A stretch of 22,661 bases of DNA, taken from the NCBI GenBank assembly GCA_016184305.1, contig JACPCX010000113.1, forward strand, positions 1 to 22,661, given 5' to 3'. The translations under genes were made by a program, and so were the position numbers. Of this stretch, positions 1 to 8,442 are shown in pieces (positions within the stretch are counted from its first letter, which is position 1; each line of letters begins with the position of its first letter). The notes beneath the pieces were generated by a model. It was not told where the DNA came from, did no database searches, and saw only the letters and a list, made by a program, of their open reading frames with translations. This stretch comes from Candidatus Rokuibacteriota bacterium (GTDB lineage Bacteria > Methylomirabilota > Methylomirabilia > Rokubacteriales > CSP1-6).

Positions 1-648
1 ACCGCCCCCGGAGTAGCGCACGGGGAGCAGGCGCGATCCGAACCAGTCCACCTTCTCCTGGAGCGCGGCCTCGAACCTGGCGCGCTGCCGGGCATCCAGG
101 CTCTCGCGCGTGACCGTGCCGATGATGCGAGGGAGGAACGGCCTCACGGTGACGAGCCCGCCCGCCGCGCGGGCACACTCCTCCACGTGCGTCACCACCC
201 GCTCCGCGATCGCCAGCGGCGTCACCTTCGCCTTCGCCACCACCTCGCCCGCCTCCACCGGCTGGAGATCGTAGAGCGTGAACACCGCGATGCCGGGCTG
301 CGCGTTCACCTCGTCGAGCGCCGCGGCGTGAACGTGCAGGAGCCCCCGGCGGGCGGCGAGCAGCGTCCACTGCCCCCCGCTATAGCCTTTCACCTCCACG
401 CCCTCGCCCACGGCCGACTGCGCCAGCCGCGCCCCGGCGGGCTCCTCGTGCACGTCCCCCGGCTCCAGCTCGAGGACATGCACCTCCTCCCAGGGCAAGG
501 TCAGCAGGAGGCGTGCCGCCTCGGCATCGAGCGTCTGCCCCTTCCGGATCGCGACGCGCCCCTGGGGATCTCGCACGTCGTGGCAGGCGATCCGGCCGTC
601 GAGGGTCGCGGCACCCCCTTCCCCTCTGCGCAAGGCAATGGGTTTCAT
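1..648 (-). CDS. MoeA-like molybdopterin-binding protein (N-terminal part; runs off the window edge)
   Basis: Absent from the ORF track because it has no stop in the window. ATG at 648 overlaps the xdhC stop (ATGA). Manual translation gives MKPIALRRGEGG...RIACHDVRD...IRKGQTL...EPGDVHEEPAGARLAQSAVGEG...RRGLLHV...VNAQPGIAVFTL...VEAGEVVAKAKVTP, the pattern of MoeA-like proteins found in cox/xdh clusters. Confidence 0.75.
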   Translation of the reverse strand, partial: MKPIALRRGEGGAATLDGRIACHDVRDPQGRVAIRKGQTLDAEAARLLLTLPWEEVHVLELEPGDVHEEPAGARLAQSAVGEGVEVKGYSGGQWTLLAARRGLLHVHAAALDEVNAQPGIAVFTLYDLQPVEAGEVVAKAKVTPLAIAERVVTHVEECARAAGGLVTVRPFLPRIIGTVTRESLDARQRARFEAALQEKVDWFGSRLLPVRYSGGG

Positions 649-1727
649 GTGCTCTTCACCTTTTTCGAAAGAGGCAGGCCGGTGGCGCCGCGCTGGGTGG
701 CGAGGATTTCGGCCATGATCGCCAGCGCGATCTCGGGGGCCGACTGGGCCCCCAGGTCGAGCCCGATGGGCACGCGCACCCGCGCCAGCTGGGCCTCGGT
801 GAGGCCGTCCTCCCGGAGCAGGTTCAAGATCGCCGCTCCCCGCCGCGAGCTACCCAGAAGCCCGATGTACCCGACCTCCGTGGTCAGCGCGTGGCGCAGC
901 ACCGGCAGGTCGTACTTGTAATCATGGGCCACCAGCACCAAGGCTGTGCCCGGGATGAGCGGGATCTCGCGCACGAGGTCCGACGGGATGCCGATCCGGA
1001 GCTCGTCCACGTCCGGGAAGCGCTCCCGCGTCGCGAAGCGCGGTCGCCCGTCCACCACCACGGTGCGGAACCCCAGCGTCCGCCCGAGGCTCACGAGCGG
1101 CATCGCCACGTGTCCGCCTCCCACGATCAGGAGGATCGCGGGCGGCGCGAGAACCTCCATGAAGGCCCGCACGCCCTCGAGGAAAAGCGTGCGGGAGCCG
1201 CCGGAGCCGAGCGCCTCCACGGCCTCGGCGGCGAAGCGGCGGTCGAGGAAGGGCTCGCCCAGCGATCCCTCCAGCACACCCGAGTCGAGCACGAGCAGCT
1301 TGGCGCCGTGATCGGGCGCCTCGAGCCGCGTGAGGATGGCCGCCCGCCCCCCGGTCGCCGCATGCGCCCGCGCGCGCTCGTAGAAGAGGAGCGTCCGATC
1401 GCCCGGGCGGTCCAGGGTCACCGGCTCGACGAACACCTCGATGGTCCCGCCGCAGGTCAGCCCGATCTCCCAGGCCTCCTCATCGCCCAGGTTGAGCTCG
1501 AGCAGGCGGGGCAGGTTCTGCCCGAGCACCTCGGCCGCCTCCTCGATGACCTGGGCGTCCACGCAGCCGCCGATGGTGACCGATCCGAGGATCCGGCCGC
1601 CCTCGCCGACCAGCATCTGCGCGCCTTCTTTCCGGGGGGTCGTGCCGCGGGTGTTCACGAGCGTCGCCAGCGCGACCTTGCCCTCCGCCTGACGGAGCCG
1701 TTCGATGTGCTCGAAGAGCTCGCTCAT
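645..1727 (-). CDS. xdhC: XdhC/CoxF family molybdenum-cofactor chaperone
   Basis: ATLVNTRGTTPRKEGAQM, GGCVD, GLTCGGTIEVFVEP, IVGGGHVA, AHDYKYD, YIGLLGS, PIGLDLGAQSAPEIALAIMAEI. Confidence 0.93.
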   Translation of the reverse strand: MSELFEHIERLRQAEGKVALATLVNTRGTTPRKEGAQMLVGEGGRILGSVTIGGCVDAQVIEEAAEVLGQNLPRLLELNLGDEEAWEIGLTCGGTIEVFVEPVTLDRPGDRTLLFYERARAHAATGGRAAILTRLEAPDHGAKLLVLDSGVLEGSLGEPFLDRRFAAEAVEALGSGGSRTLFLEGVRAFMEVLAPPAILLIVGGGHVAMPLVSLGRTLGFRTVVVDGRPRFATRERFPDVDELRIGIPSDLVREIPLIPGTALVLVAHDYKYDLPVLRHALTTEVGYIGLLGSSRRGAAILNLLREDGLTEAQLARVRVPIGLDLGAQSAPEIALAIMAEILATQRGATGLPLSKKVKST

Positions 1728-1734
1728 GGCCGGC

Positions 1735-2898
1735 TCACCTGAGCCTGAGGTGTCCCGCGAGATCCTGCAGGCTCGCGAGGTTGTGGGCGGCGGCGAAGTG
1801 GTCCACGAGCGGCAGCGCCGCGGCCATCCCGCGCGTGAGCGGCTCGTAAGACGGGTTGCCGAGCAGCGGGTTGAGCCAGATCACGCGGCCCGCCTTCCGC
1901 TTGAGCGTGAGCATCTCGGTGGCGAGATCATCGGGCTCGCCGGTATCCCAGCCGTCGGAGAGCAAGAGGACGATGGTCTGGCGGTTTACCAGTCGCCCCC
2001 AGCCGCGGTTGAACTCCCCGAGACAGTCGCCGATGCGCGTGCCGCCGGACCAGTCGCGCACCTCGGTGAGCTGCCGGAGCGCCCGCCGGTACGAGGCGCC
2101 CTTCAGGTGCTCCGTGACGCGCGTCAGGCGCGTGGCGAAGGTGAAGGTCTCCACGCGGCCGAAGACGTTCTGCAGGGCGTAGAGGAACTGCAAGAGGAAG
2201 CGGCTATAGAGGTCCATGGATCCCGACACGTCGCAGAGGAGGACGAGCCGCACCTTCCGGCGACGGCGCTCGCGCCGCCTCAGCTCCACGAACTCCCCCT
2301 TCATCATGTTGGCGCGGACGCTGCGCCGCAGATCCACCACCCCGCCGCGCCTCACGGGGCGCCGGCGGCGACTCACGCGGCGGGCGAGCCGCTTGGCGAT
2401 GAGTACCGTGACCCGCGCCACCTCGTCGAGCTGATCGGAGGGGAAGGAGGAGAAGTCCCGCTCCATCAGCACCTCCTGGGGGCTCGTGCCGGGGACCTCC
2501 ATCGGCTCGCCCTCATCGGCCCCCTCCTCCTCCCAGCCCTCGAGCGCCAGCGCGGCCTCTTTCCGCCCCGCGGTTTCCACGGAGCCCGACACCGAGTCCT
2601 CGTCCGCCTGCTGCCCCGTCGTCTCCGTCGGTCCCATGAGCCCCTCGAGCCCCTGCCCCTCGGCGGCGCGGAACCTCCAGAAGACGTCGAAGCAGCGGTC
2701 GAAGGCGGGCAGCTCCTCACGGCGGGTGACGAGCACGGTGCGGAAACCGAGGTAGACGTCGGAGCGGTCCAGGAGGTCCAGAACTTCCAGCGCCCGCACC
2801 GCGTCCATCAGCTCGGAGACGGTCACCTGGAGCCCCGCGCCGCGCAACATCCGCCCGAAGGCGAGCGTGGCCGTCATGAGGTCCCGCGGATTATGCAT
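1735..2898 (-). CDS. coxE: CoxE-like VWA-domain protein
   Basis: LCDVSGSMD (MIDAS), FTFATRL, WSGGTRIG, LSDGWDTG, WLNPL; directly downstream of a MoxR ATPase. Start is ATG 2898 or GTG 2904. Confidence 0.9.
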   Translation of the reverse strand: MHNPRDLMTATLAFGRMLRGAGLQVTVSELMDAVRALEVLDLLDRSDVYLGFRTVLVTRREELPAFDRCFDVFWRFRAAEGQGLEGLMGPTETTGQQADEDSVSGSVETAGRKEAALALEGWEEEGADEGEPMEVPGTSPQEVLMERDFSSFPSDQLDEVARVTVLIAKRLARRVSRRRRPVRRGGVVDLRRSVRANMMKGEFVELRRRERRRRKVRLVLLCDVSGSMDLYSRFLLQFLYALQNVFGRVETFTFATRLTRVTEHLKGASYRRALRQLTEVRDWSGGTRIGDCLGEFNRGWGRLVNRQTIVLLLSDGWDTGEPDDLATEMLTLKRKAGRVIWLNPLLGNPSYEPLTRGMAAALPLVDHFAAAHNLASLQDLAGHLRLR

Positions 2899-2907
2899 GG
2901 ACACCGT

Positions 2908-3798
2908 CTACCCGTCCAGGGGCAGGAAGCGCTTGAGGCCAGAGGCGTCCAGCTCGCGCTTCACGCGCTTGATGTCGTCTGGGTCCTTGAGCACGCACCC
3001 GAGCGTCTCGGCCACCAGGTCCTCGTCGAGGTGATCGGCGTGGAGGGAGCACAGCGCCTGCGCCCAGTCCAGCGTCTCCGCCACGCCCGGGAGCTTGGAA
3101 AGCCGGACCGTGCGCAGGCTCTCCATGAAGCGGGAGATCTCGCGGGCCAGCCGCTCGTTCACGCCGGGCACCTTGCGCGTGACGATCCGCACTTCCTTCT
3201 CGAAGCCGGGGAAGTCCACCCAGAGGTAGAGGCAGCGACGCCGGAGCGCGTCCGACAGCTCGCGGTTCCGGTTCGAGGTGAGGATCACGTAGGGCGGAAA
3301 CGTCGCCTTGATCGTGCCGATCTCGGGGATCGTCACCTGGAAGTCGGAGAGCACCTCCAGGAGGAAGGCCTCGAACTCTTCATCCGCGCGGTCGATCTCG
3401 TCGATGAGCAGCACCGGCGGCTGGCCGTTCTCGGTGATGGCCTGCAGCAGCGGTCGCCGGATCAGAAAGGGCTCGGAGAAGATCGCCGCCTCCTTGTCCT
3501 CGAGCGAGTGCGTCGTGCTCTCCTCGAGCTTGATGTGCAGGATCTGCTTCGGGTAATTCCACTCGTAGAGCGCTTGCGCCGCGTCCAGCCCCTCGTAGCA
3601 TTGCAGCCGGATGAGCCGGGTGCCGAGCATGCGGGCCATGACCTTGGCGACCTCGGTCTTGCCGACTCCCGCGTGCCCCTCGATGAGGAGGGGCTTGCGC
3701 AGCGTCATGGCCAGGTGCACCGAGGTGGCGATGGCCGCGTCGGTGACGTAGTCCGCTCCTTCCATCAAGTCCTGGATGTTCTTGATCTCTTCTCTCAT
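2908..3798 (-). CDS. coxD: CoxD-like MoxR AAA+ ATPase
   Basis: Walker A EGHAGVGKT, RLQCYEGLD, ALYEWNY, Walker B LLIDEIDRAD, LSDALRRRC. Confidence 0.93.
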   Translation of the reverse strand: MREEIKNIQDLMEGADYVTDAAIATSVHLAMTLRKPLLIEGHAGVGKTEVAKVMARMLGTRLIRLQCYEGLDAAQALYEWNYPKQILHIKLEESTTHSLEDKEAAIFSEPFLIRRPLLQAITENGQPPVLLIDEIDRADEEFEAFLLEVLSDFQVTIPEIGTIKATFPPYVILTSNRNRELSDALRRRCLYLWVDFPGFEKEVRIVTRKVPGVNERLAREISRFMESLRTVRLSKLPGVAETLDWAQALCSLHADHLDEDLVAETLGCVLKDPDDIKRVKRELDASGLKRFLPLDG

Positions 3799-3810
3799 GA
3801 CGCTCCCATC

Positions 3811-4401
3811 TTACACCGGCTGGCCAGGGGACCTGAGCCTCTCGTAGTCCTCGGGGGTGTCGAGATCCTGCGGCATCGGCATGTCGAAGTCCACCAGCAT
3901 GACCCGCGCCGGATCCCGGTCCACCACGGAGCGCGCCCCCTGGTCACCGTCGAGCGCCACGAGCTCGGGAAAGAGCGAAGCTGCGAAGAGCACGGGGTTG
4001 CCCCGTACCCCACGGTAGGATGGCGCCGCGATGGACCGGCCGCTCTCGCCGAAGGCGCGGAGCAGCGCGGGAATCACTTCACGCGGAACCGTCGGCTGGT
4101 CTCCAAGCGCGATGAGCGCGCCGTGCGTCCCCGGCGCGAGCGCGCGGATGCCTGCGACGACCGAGCCGGCCTGGCCGGCCTCCGGATGCGCGTTCACGAC
4201 AAATCTCAGCGCGAGCCCGTCGAGCGCCGTCTCCAGATTGGAGTGCGACGGCCCCACGACCACGAGGATCTCGTCGAGCCCGACCGAGGCGAGGCACTCC
4301 ACGGTCCGGCGGATGACAGGTTTTCCGCCCCAGTCGAGCAGGAGCTTGGCCTGGCCCATGCGGCGCGATAACCCGGCGGCGAGGACGATGCCGGCGATCA
4401 C
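3811..4401 (-). CDS. mocA: Molybdenum cofactor cytidylyltransferase (MocA/MobA-like NTP transferase)
   Basis: IVLAAGLSRRMGQAKLLL, LGDQP, RGNPVLF, GDQGAR, DLDTPEDY. The likely start is GTG 4401; the ORF track extends it to 4467. Confidence 0.88.
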   Translation of the reverse strand: MIAGIVLAAGLSRRMGQAKLLLDWGGKPVIRRTVECLASVGLDEILVVVGPSHSNLETALDGLALRFVVNAHPEAGQAGSVVAGIRALAPGTHGALIALGDQPTVPREVIPALLRAFGESGRSIAAPSYRGVRGNPVLFAASLFPELVALDGDQGARSVVDRDPARVMLVDFDMPMPQDLDTPEDYERLRSPGQPV

Positions 4402-4591
4402 GGCTCGGGTTGTCGTGGTGGCGGTGCAGGGATCGACGTCGGGAGCGTCATGCCCCCGCAGGTCCAACCATCTGCACTGCCCAAACGCATTCCGACCGCC
4501 GGTCCGTCATACGCCTCCGGCGCCCCTCGCTCCGTCCCTCCCCCAGGACGGAGTGGCTTCCCTCGTCCAACAACACGAGTGCCGCGCGCCC

Positions 4592-6649
4592 TCACGCGGA
4601 ACGCATGACGCGAGGAGCGTCCAGGACCTCGCGTACCTTCTGCGTCAGCGCGGCCGGGGAGAATGGTTTCTGGAGCAAGAAAGTCCCGGGATCGAGGACC
4701 CCCTGGGGGCCAAGCACGTCGTGGGTGTAGCCGGACATGTAGAGCACTCTGATCTCCGGGCGAAGCCGCGTCAGCTGTTCCGCCACCGCCCGCCCGCTTA
4801 TCCCGGGCATGACGACATCCGTCACCAGAAGGTCAATGGGCCCGGCATGCGCCTTGCTGATCTCGAGCGCCCGGGCCCCGTCCCGAGCCGCGAGCACGGC
4901 GTACCCGGCCGCCGCCAGGATTTCCCGGCCGAGATCGAGCACCGGCTCTTCGTCCTCGACCAGGAGGATGGTCTCGGCGCCTGACGCGGTCTGCGCCGCG
5001 GCGGGAACGGGCGTCTGCGGCTGGACGGCCTCCGCCACCCGCGGCAGAAAGATCTCGAACCTCGCGCCTCGGCCGGGCTCGCTCTCGACCCAGATGAACC
5101 CGTCGCTTTGCTTGATCACACCGTACACTGTCGCGAGTCCCAGCCCTGTCCCCCGGCCCACCTCCTTGGTCGTGAAGAAGGGCTCGAAGATGCGCGCCTG
5201 GGTGTCGCGGTCCATCCCGTGACCCGTATCGGTCACGGTGAGCCTGACGTACGGGCCGATCCGGGCCTCCGGGTGGCCTTCGAGGAAGGCCGCGTCGATC
5301 TCGACATTCGCCGTCTCGATCGTGAGGGTTCCCCCCCCGGGCATGGCGTCGCCGGCGTTCACGGCCAAGTTCATGATCACCTGCTCGATCTGGGCTGAGT
5401 CGACCTTGACTTGGCCGAGCCCCGGGTCCAGTGAGTAACGGATCTCGACCTGCTCGCTGATCAGACGGCGCAGCAGGCTCCCCGTGCTGGCGATGGTCGC
5501 GTTGAGGTCCAGCACCATCGGCTTGAGAACCTGCTTCCTGCTGAAGGCCAGGAGCTGTTGGGTGAGGCTGGCGGCCCGCTCCGCCGTCCGCCGAATGAGC
5601 TCCACGTTGCGTCGCGCGCCGTGGTCGAGCGAGGGCCTTGCCGCCAGCAGCTCGCTGCGCCCCATGATGACCGTCAGCAGGTTGTTGAAGTCGTGGGCCA
5701 CTCCTCCAGCCAGCCGCCCCACAGCTTCCATCTTCTGCGCCTGACGGAACTGCGCCTCGAGCCCCGTCCGCTCGGCCTCGGCGCGCTTGCGCTCGCTGAT
5801 GTCCCGGAGGATCAGGGTATAAGCCGTGTCGCCCCGGTGTTTCCACGTCGACACGGCCAGCTCGATCGGGACCTCTTTCCCGTCCTGTCGAATGCCTTCC
5901 AGCTCCACCGTGGACTGCCATGCCGCCGACGTCTCCGCAGCGCCCTCACCCTCGACGAGACGGGCGGCGAACGCCTCCCCGGACGCCTCCGCGACGAGGC
6001 GGACGACTGGCGTGCCGAGCACCTCGTTCTCGGCCCAGCCGAAGATCGCCCGCGCCCCGCTGTTCCAGGACAAGATGCGCCCCGTCGCGTCGGCCAGGAT
6101 GATGCCGTCGCCTGCCGACTGCGTCACAGAGCGGAAACGCGCCTCGCTGAGCTGCAGCGCCCGCAGCGGCAGGGTGCGCAGGAGAAAGAACGTTCCCCCG
6201 CTCACCACGAGGCCGAGGATCCCCACCGCCCCCGCGCCGATGAGGAGAGGACGCAGCGAGCGGAAGTTCTCGATGCGCCCGACGACGACCCCGGCGTCCC
6301 ACAGGTCGGCGCTCCGGACCATGAGCGGGCCGGGCGCCGGGGCGGCGGTCTCCAGGATCAACCGGTCGCCGGGCCCGACGATCCGCCGTCGCACCGGGTC
6401 CCACGCCACCCGGCGATGCGAGATCGCGTCCTCGATCTTCGCGAGCTGGTACTGCCACGTGTCGGGGCTCTCCACGATGAGCTCGGAGAGGATCTCCGCG
6501 TTGATGTCGGCGTCGGCTTGCAGCAACCCGGCCTGATACTCATACGAGATCGAGAGGTACGCGCTCGGCAGCGTGAGCGCCATGACCGCGGCGAGCACGG
6601 CCGCCATCCGGCCCCCGACGTGGACTACGCTCGCGTCGGACCGGGGCAT
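4592..6649 (-). CDS. Membrane-bound hybrid sensor histidine kinase (2 TM - PAS - HisKA - HATPase - REC; CckA-like architecture)
   Basis: Two hydrophobic segments; PAS (DGIILAD...WNSGARAIFGW...ILRDISERK); H-box AGGVAHDFNNLL; N-box NLAVNAGDAM; DTGHGM, FEPFFTTK, GTGLGL; REC with LLVEDE, TDVVMPG, KPF. Start uncertain (6607, 6649 or 6712). Confidence 0.93.
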   Translation of the reverse strand: MPRSDASVVHVGGRMAAVLAAVMALTLPSAYLSISYEYQAGLLQADADINAEILSELIVESPDTWQYQLAKIEDAISHRRVAWDPVRRRIVGPGDRLILETAAPAPGPLMVRSADLWDAGVVVGRIENFRSLRPLLIGAGAVGILGLVVSGGTFFLLRTLPLRALQLSEARFRSVTQSAGDGIILADATGRILSWNSGARAIFGWAENEVLGTPVVRLVAEASGEAFAARLVEGEGAAETSAAWQSTVELEGIRQDGKEVPIELAVSTWKHRGDTAYTLILRDISERKRAEAERTGLEAQFRQAQKMEAVGRLAGGVAHDFNNLLTVIMGRSELLAARPSLDHGARRNVELIRRTAERAASLTQQLLAFSRKQVLKPMVLDLNATIASTGSLLRRLISEQVEIRYSLDPGLGQVKVDSAQIEQVIMNLAVNAGDAMPGGGTLTIETANVEIDAAFLEGHPEARIGPYVRLTVTDTGHGMDRDTQARIFEPFFTTKEVGRGTGLGLATVYGVIKQSDGFIWVESEPGRGARFEIFLPRVAEAVQPQTPVPAAAQTASGAETILLVEDEEPVLDLGREILAAAGYAVLAARDGARALEISKAHAGPIDLLVTDVVMPGISGRAVAEQLTRLRPEIRVLYMSGYTHDVLGPQGVLDPGTFLLQKPFSPAALTQKVREVLDAPRVMRSA

Positions 6650-6674
6650 GGGCGGGGCCCGGGGGCCGGATCCG

Positions 6675-7544
6675 TCATCGGACCCAGTATCCCAGGCGGG
6701 AAAGAATCTCACGGCCGGGCGCCGACCCCACGAACTCCAGGAAACGCTTCGCGGGCGGCGAGGGCGTCCGGCGCGTCACCAGGTAGAAGGTCTTGAAGTA
6801 GGGGTAGGAGCCGTCGGCGATGGCTCTCGGGCTGGGCGGGATGCCGTTGATCGAGAGCGCCTTGAGCGGGCGGCGCTCGGAGAGGATCAGGGCCAGCGTC
6901 GAGGTGCCGAGCGCTCCTGGGATTGCCGCGATGGCCTCGGCGCTGTCCTGGTCCGTCGCCGCCATCTTCAGCCCGGCACGGCCATGGGCGGAGTTGAGCG
7001 CCCGCTCCATCTCGCGGCCCATACCCTTGAGGCTGTCGCTGTCGGAGTCGCCTGCAGGGCGCAGGATCAGTCGCAGCCGGCTCCCGTCGGGCCAGTTCAG
7101 CGTCTTGCCGTCGTAGATGTTCACCAGCTCCGGGAGCGTGAACCCGGCCACGGGGTTGGTGCTGGAGGTCGCGAAGACGAACGGCGTCCTGCCCAGCTCC
7201 ACGCCCCTGAGCCCCTGCTCGGACTGCGCGGGCGTGACCAGCTGGGCGCTCACCGCGATGTCAAGAGCCCCCGCCAGCAGCGCCGTCATGCCGCCACGGT
7301 TGCCCAGCCGGGCGAGGATCTCGACCCGGCTGTGGTTGGGCGCTTTCTTGAAGGCCTCCGCGAGGATCTCGATCGAGCGCACGGCTCCCCCGGTGCCGCC
7401 GACCTTGATCGCTTCCTGGGCCGAGACGGTGTCGACCGAGGCCCACGCCACGAGAGCGGCGGCGCATACCGCCGCCCGGAACGTCCGGGGGCTGAGGCTC
7501 ACCCAGCCACTTCTCGAGAGCGCAGAAGCCGTGGGCCGGCGCAT
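6675..7544 (-). CDS. Periplasmic substrate-binding protein, PstS-like (PBP type 2)
   Basis: Signal-peptide-like N-terminus ending VSA-QE; IKVGGTGG, GALDIAVS, IYDGKTLNWPDG, IPGALG, IADGSYPYFK. No permease or ATPase genes nearby. Confidence 0.8.
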   Translation of the reverse strand: MRRPTASALSRSGWVSLSPRTFRAAVCAAALVAWASVDTVSAQEAIKVGGTGGAVRSIEILAEAFKKAPNHSRVEILARLGNRGGMTALLAGALDIAVSAQLVTPAQSEQGLRGVELGRTPFVFATSSTNPVAGFTLPELVNIYDGKTLNWPDGSRLRLILRPAGDSDSDSLKGMGREMERALNSAHGRAGLKMAATDQDSAEAIAAIPGALGTSTLALILSERRPLKALSINGIPPSPRAIADGSYPYFKTFYLVTRRTPSPPAKRFLEFVGSAPGREILSRLGYWVR

Positions 7545-7574
7545 CAGCGGGAGCCTGTCACCCCCGCGCGGCGG

Positions 7575-8432
7575 CTACTTCCTGGCGGCGGCCTCGATGG
7601 CGCGCTTGGCGAAGACCTTGAGGAGGTGCGTCTTGTACTCCACCGAGCCCTGCAGGTCGGCCTGGACGTCCACCCCGTCGGGCGCCTTCTCGGCAGCCGC
7701 CTGGATCGTCGCCGCGTCGAGCGCCTTCCCCAGGAGGGCAGCCTCCACGCCCCTGGCGCGGACCGCCTTGGTGCCGGCGCCGGTGATGCCGATGCTCGCC
7801 TTGCTCACCTTGCCGCCCTCCACGGTGAGCACCGCGGCGACCCCGACCACGGCGAAGCGCGAGGCCGGATGCGGGAACTTCATGTATGCGCAGCCCACGT
7901 TGGCGCCGCAAACCGGAACGCGGACCTCGGTGAGGATCTCGTCGGGTCCCACCGCCGTCGTCATGAGGCTCTTGAAGAAGTCGTCCACCTTGATGGTCCG
8001 CTTGCCCTTTGGCCCCTCCAGGACCATCTCGGCATTGAGCGCGATGATCGTCGCCGGGTAGTCGGCCGCCGGGTCCGCATGGGTGAGGCTGCCGCCGATT
8101 GTCCCCATGTTGCGCACCATGGGATCGCCGATCTGCGCCGCGGTCTGCGCCAGGACGGGGCACTTGGCCTTGACCAGAGGCGAGGACTCGACGGCCCAGT
8201 GGGTGGTCATGGCGCCGATGACGAGCATGCCGCCCTCTTCCTTGATCCCGCTGAGCCCGGGAACCTTTCTCAGGTCCACCACGTGGGCGGGACGCGCCAG
8301 CCGGAACTTCATGGCGGGCAAGAGGCTGTGGCCACCGGCCAGGAGCTTGGCGTCGTCCTTGTACTTGCCCAGCAGGTCCAGGGCTTCCTTCACCGTGCCG
8401 GGAGTGTGGTAGTCGAACTGGGCTGGATACAT
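7575..8432 (-). CDS. coxM: Molybdenum hydroxylase FAD-binding medium subunit (CoxM-like)
   Basis: MYPAQFDY start with RBS GGGGGAG; AGGHSLLP, IGAMTTH, IGDPMVRNMGTIGGSL, ADPAADYP. Confidence 0.92.
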   Translation of the reverse strand: MYPAQFDYHTPGTVKEALDLLGKYKDDAKLLAGGHSLLPAMKFRLARPAHVVDLRKVPGLSGIKEEGGMLVIGAMTTHWAVESSPLVKAKCPVLAQTAAQIGDPMVRNMGTIGGSLTHADPAADYPATIIALNAEMVLEGPKGKRTIKVDDFFKSLMTTAVGPDEILTEVRVPVCGANVGCAYMKFPHPASRFAVVGVAAVLTVEGGKVSKASIGITGAGTKAVRARGVEAALLGKALDAATIQAAAEKAPDGVDVQADLQGSVEYKTHLLKVFAKRAIEAAARK

Positions 8433-8442
8433 GGCTCCCCCC

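Noticed and set aside
4402..4591. Moco riboswitch upstream of mocA
   Set aside because: Only one simple hairpin is visible; I cannot recognise the multi-stem Moco RNA motif without an Rfam scan.
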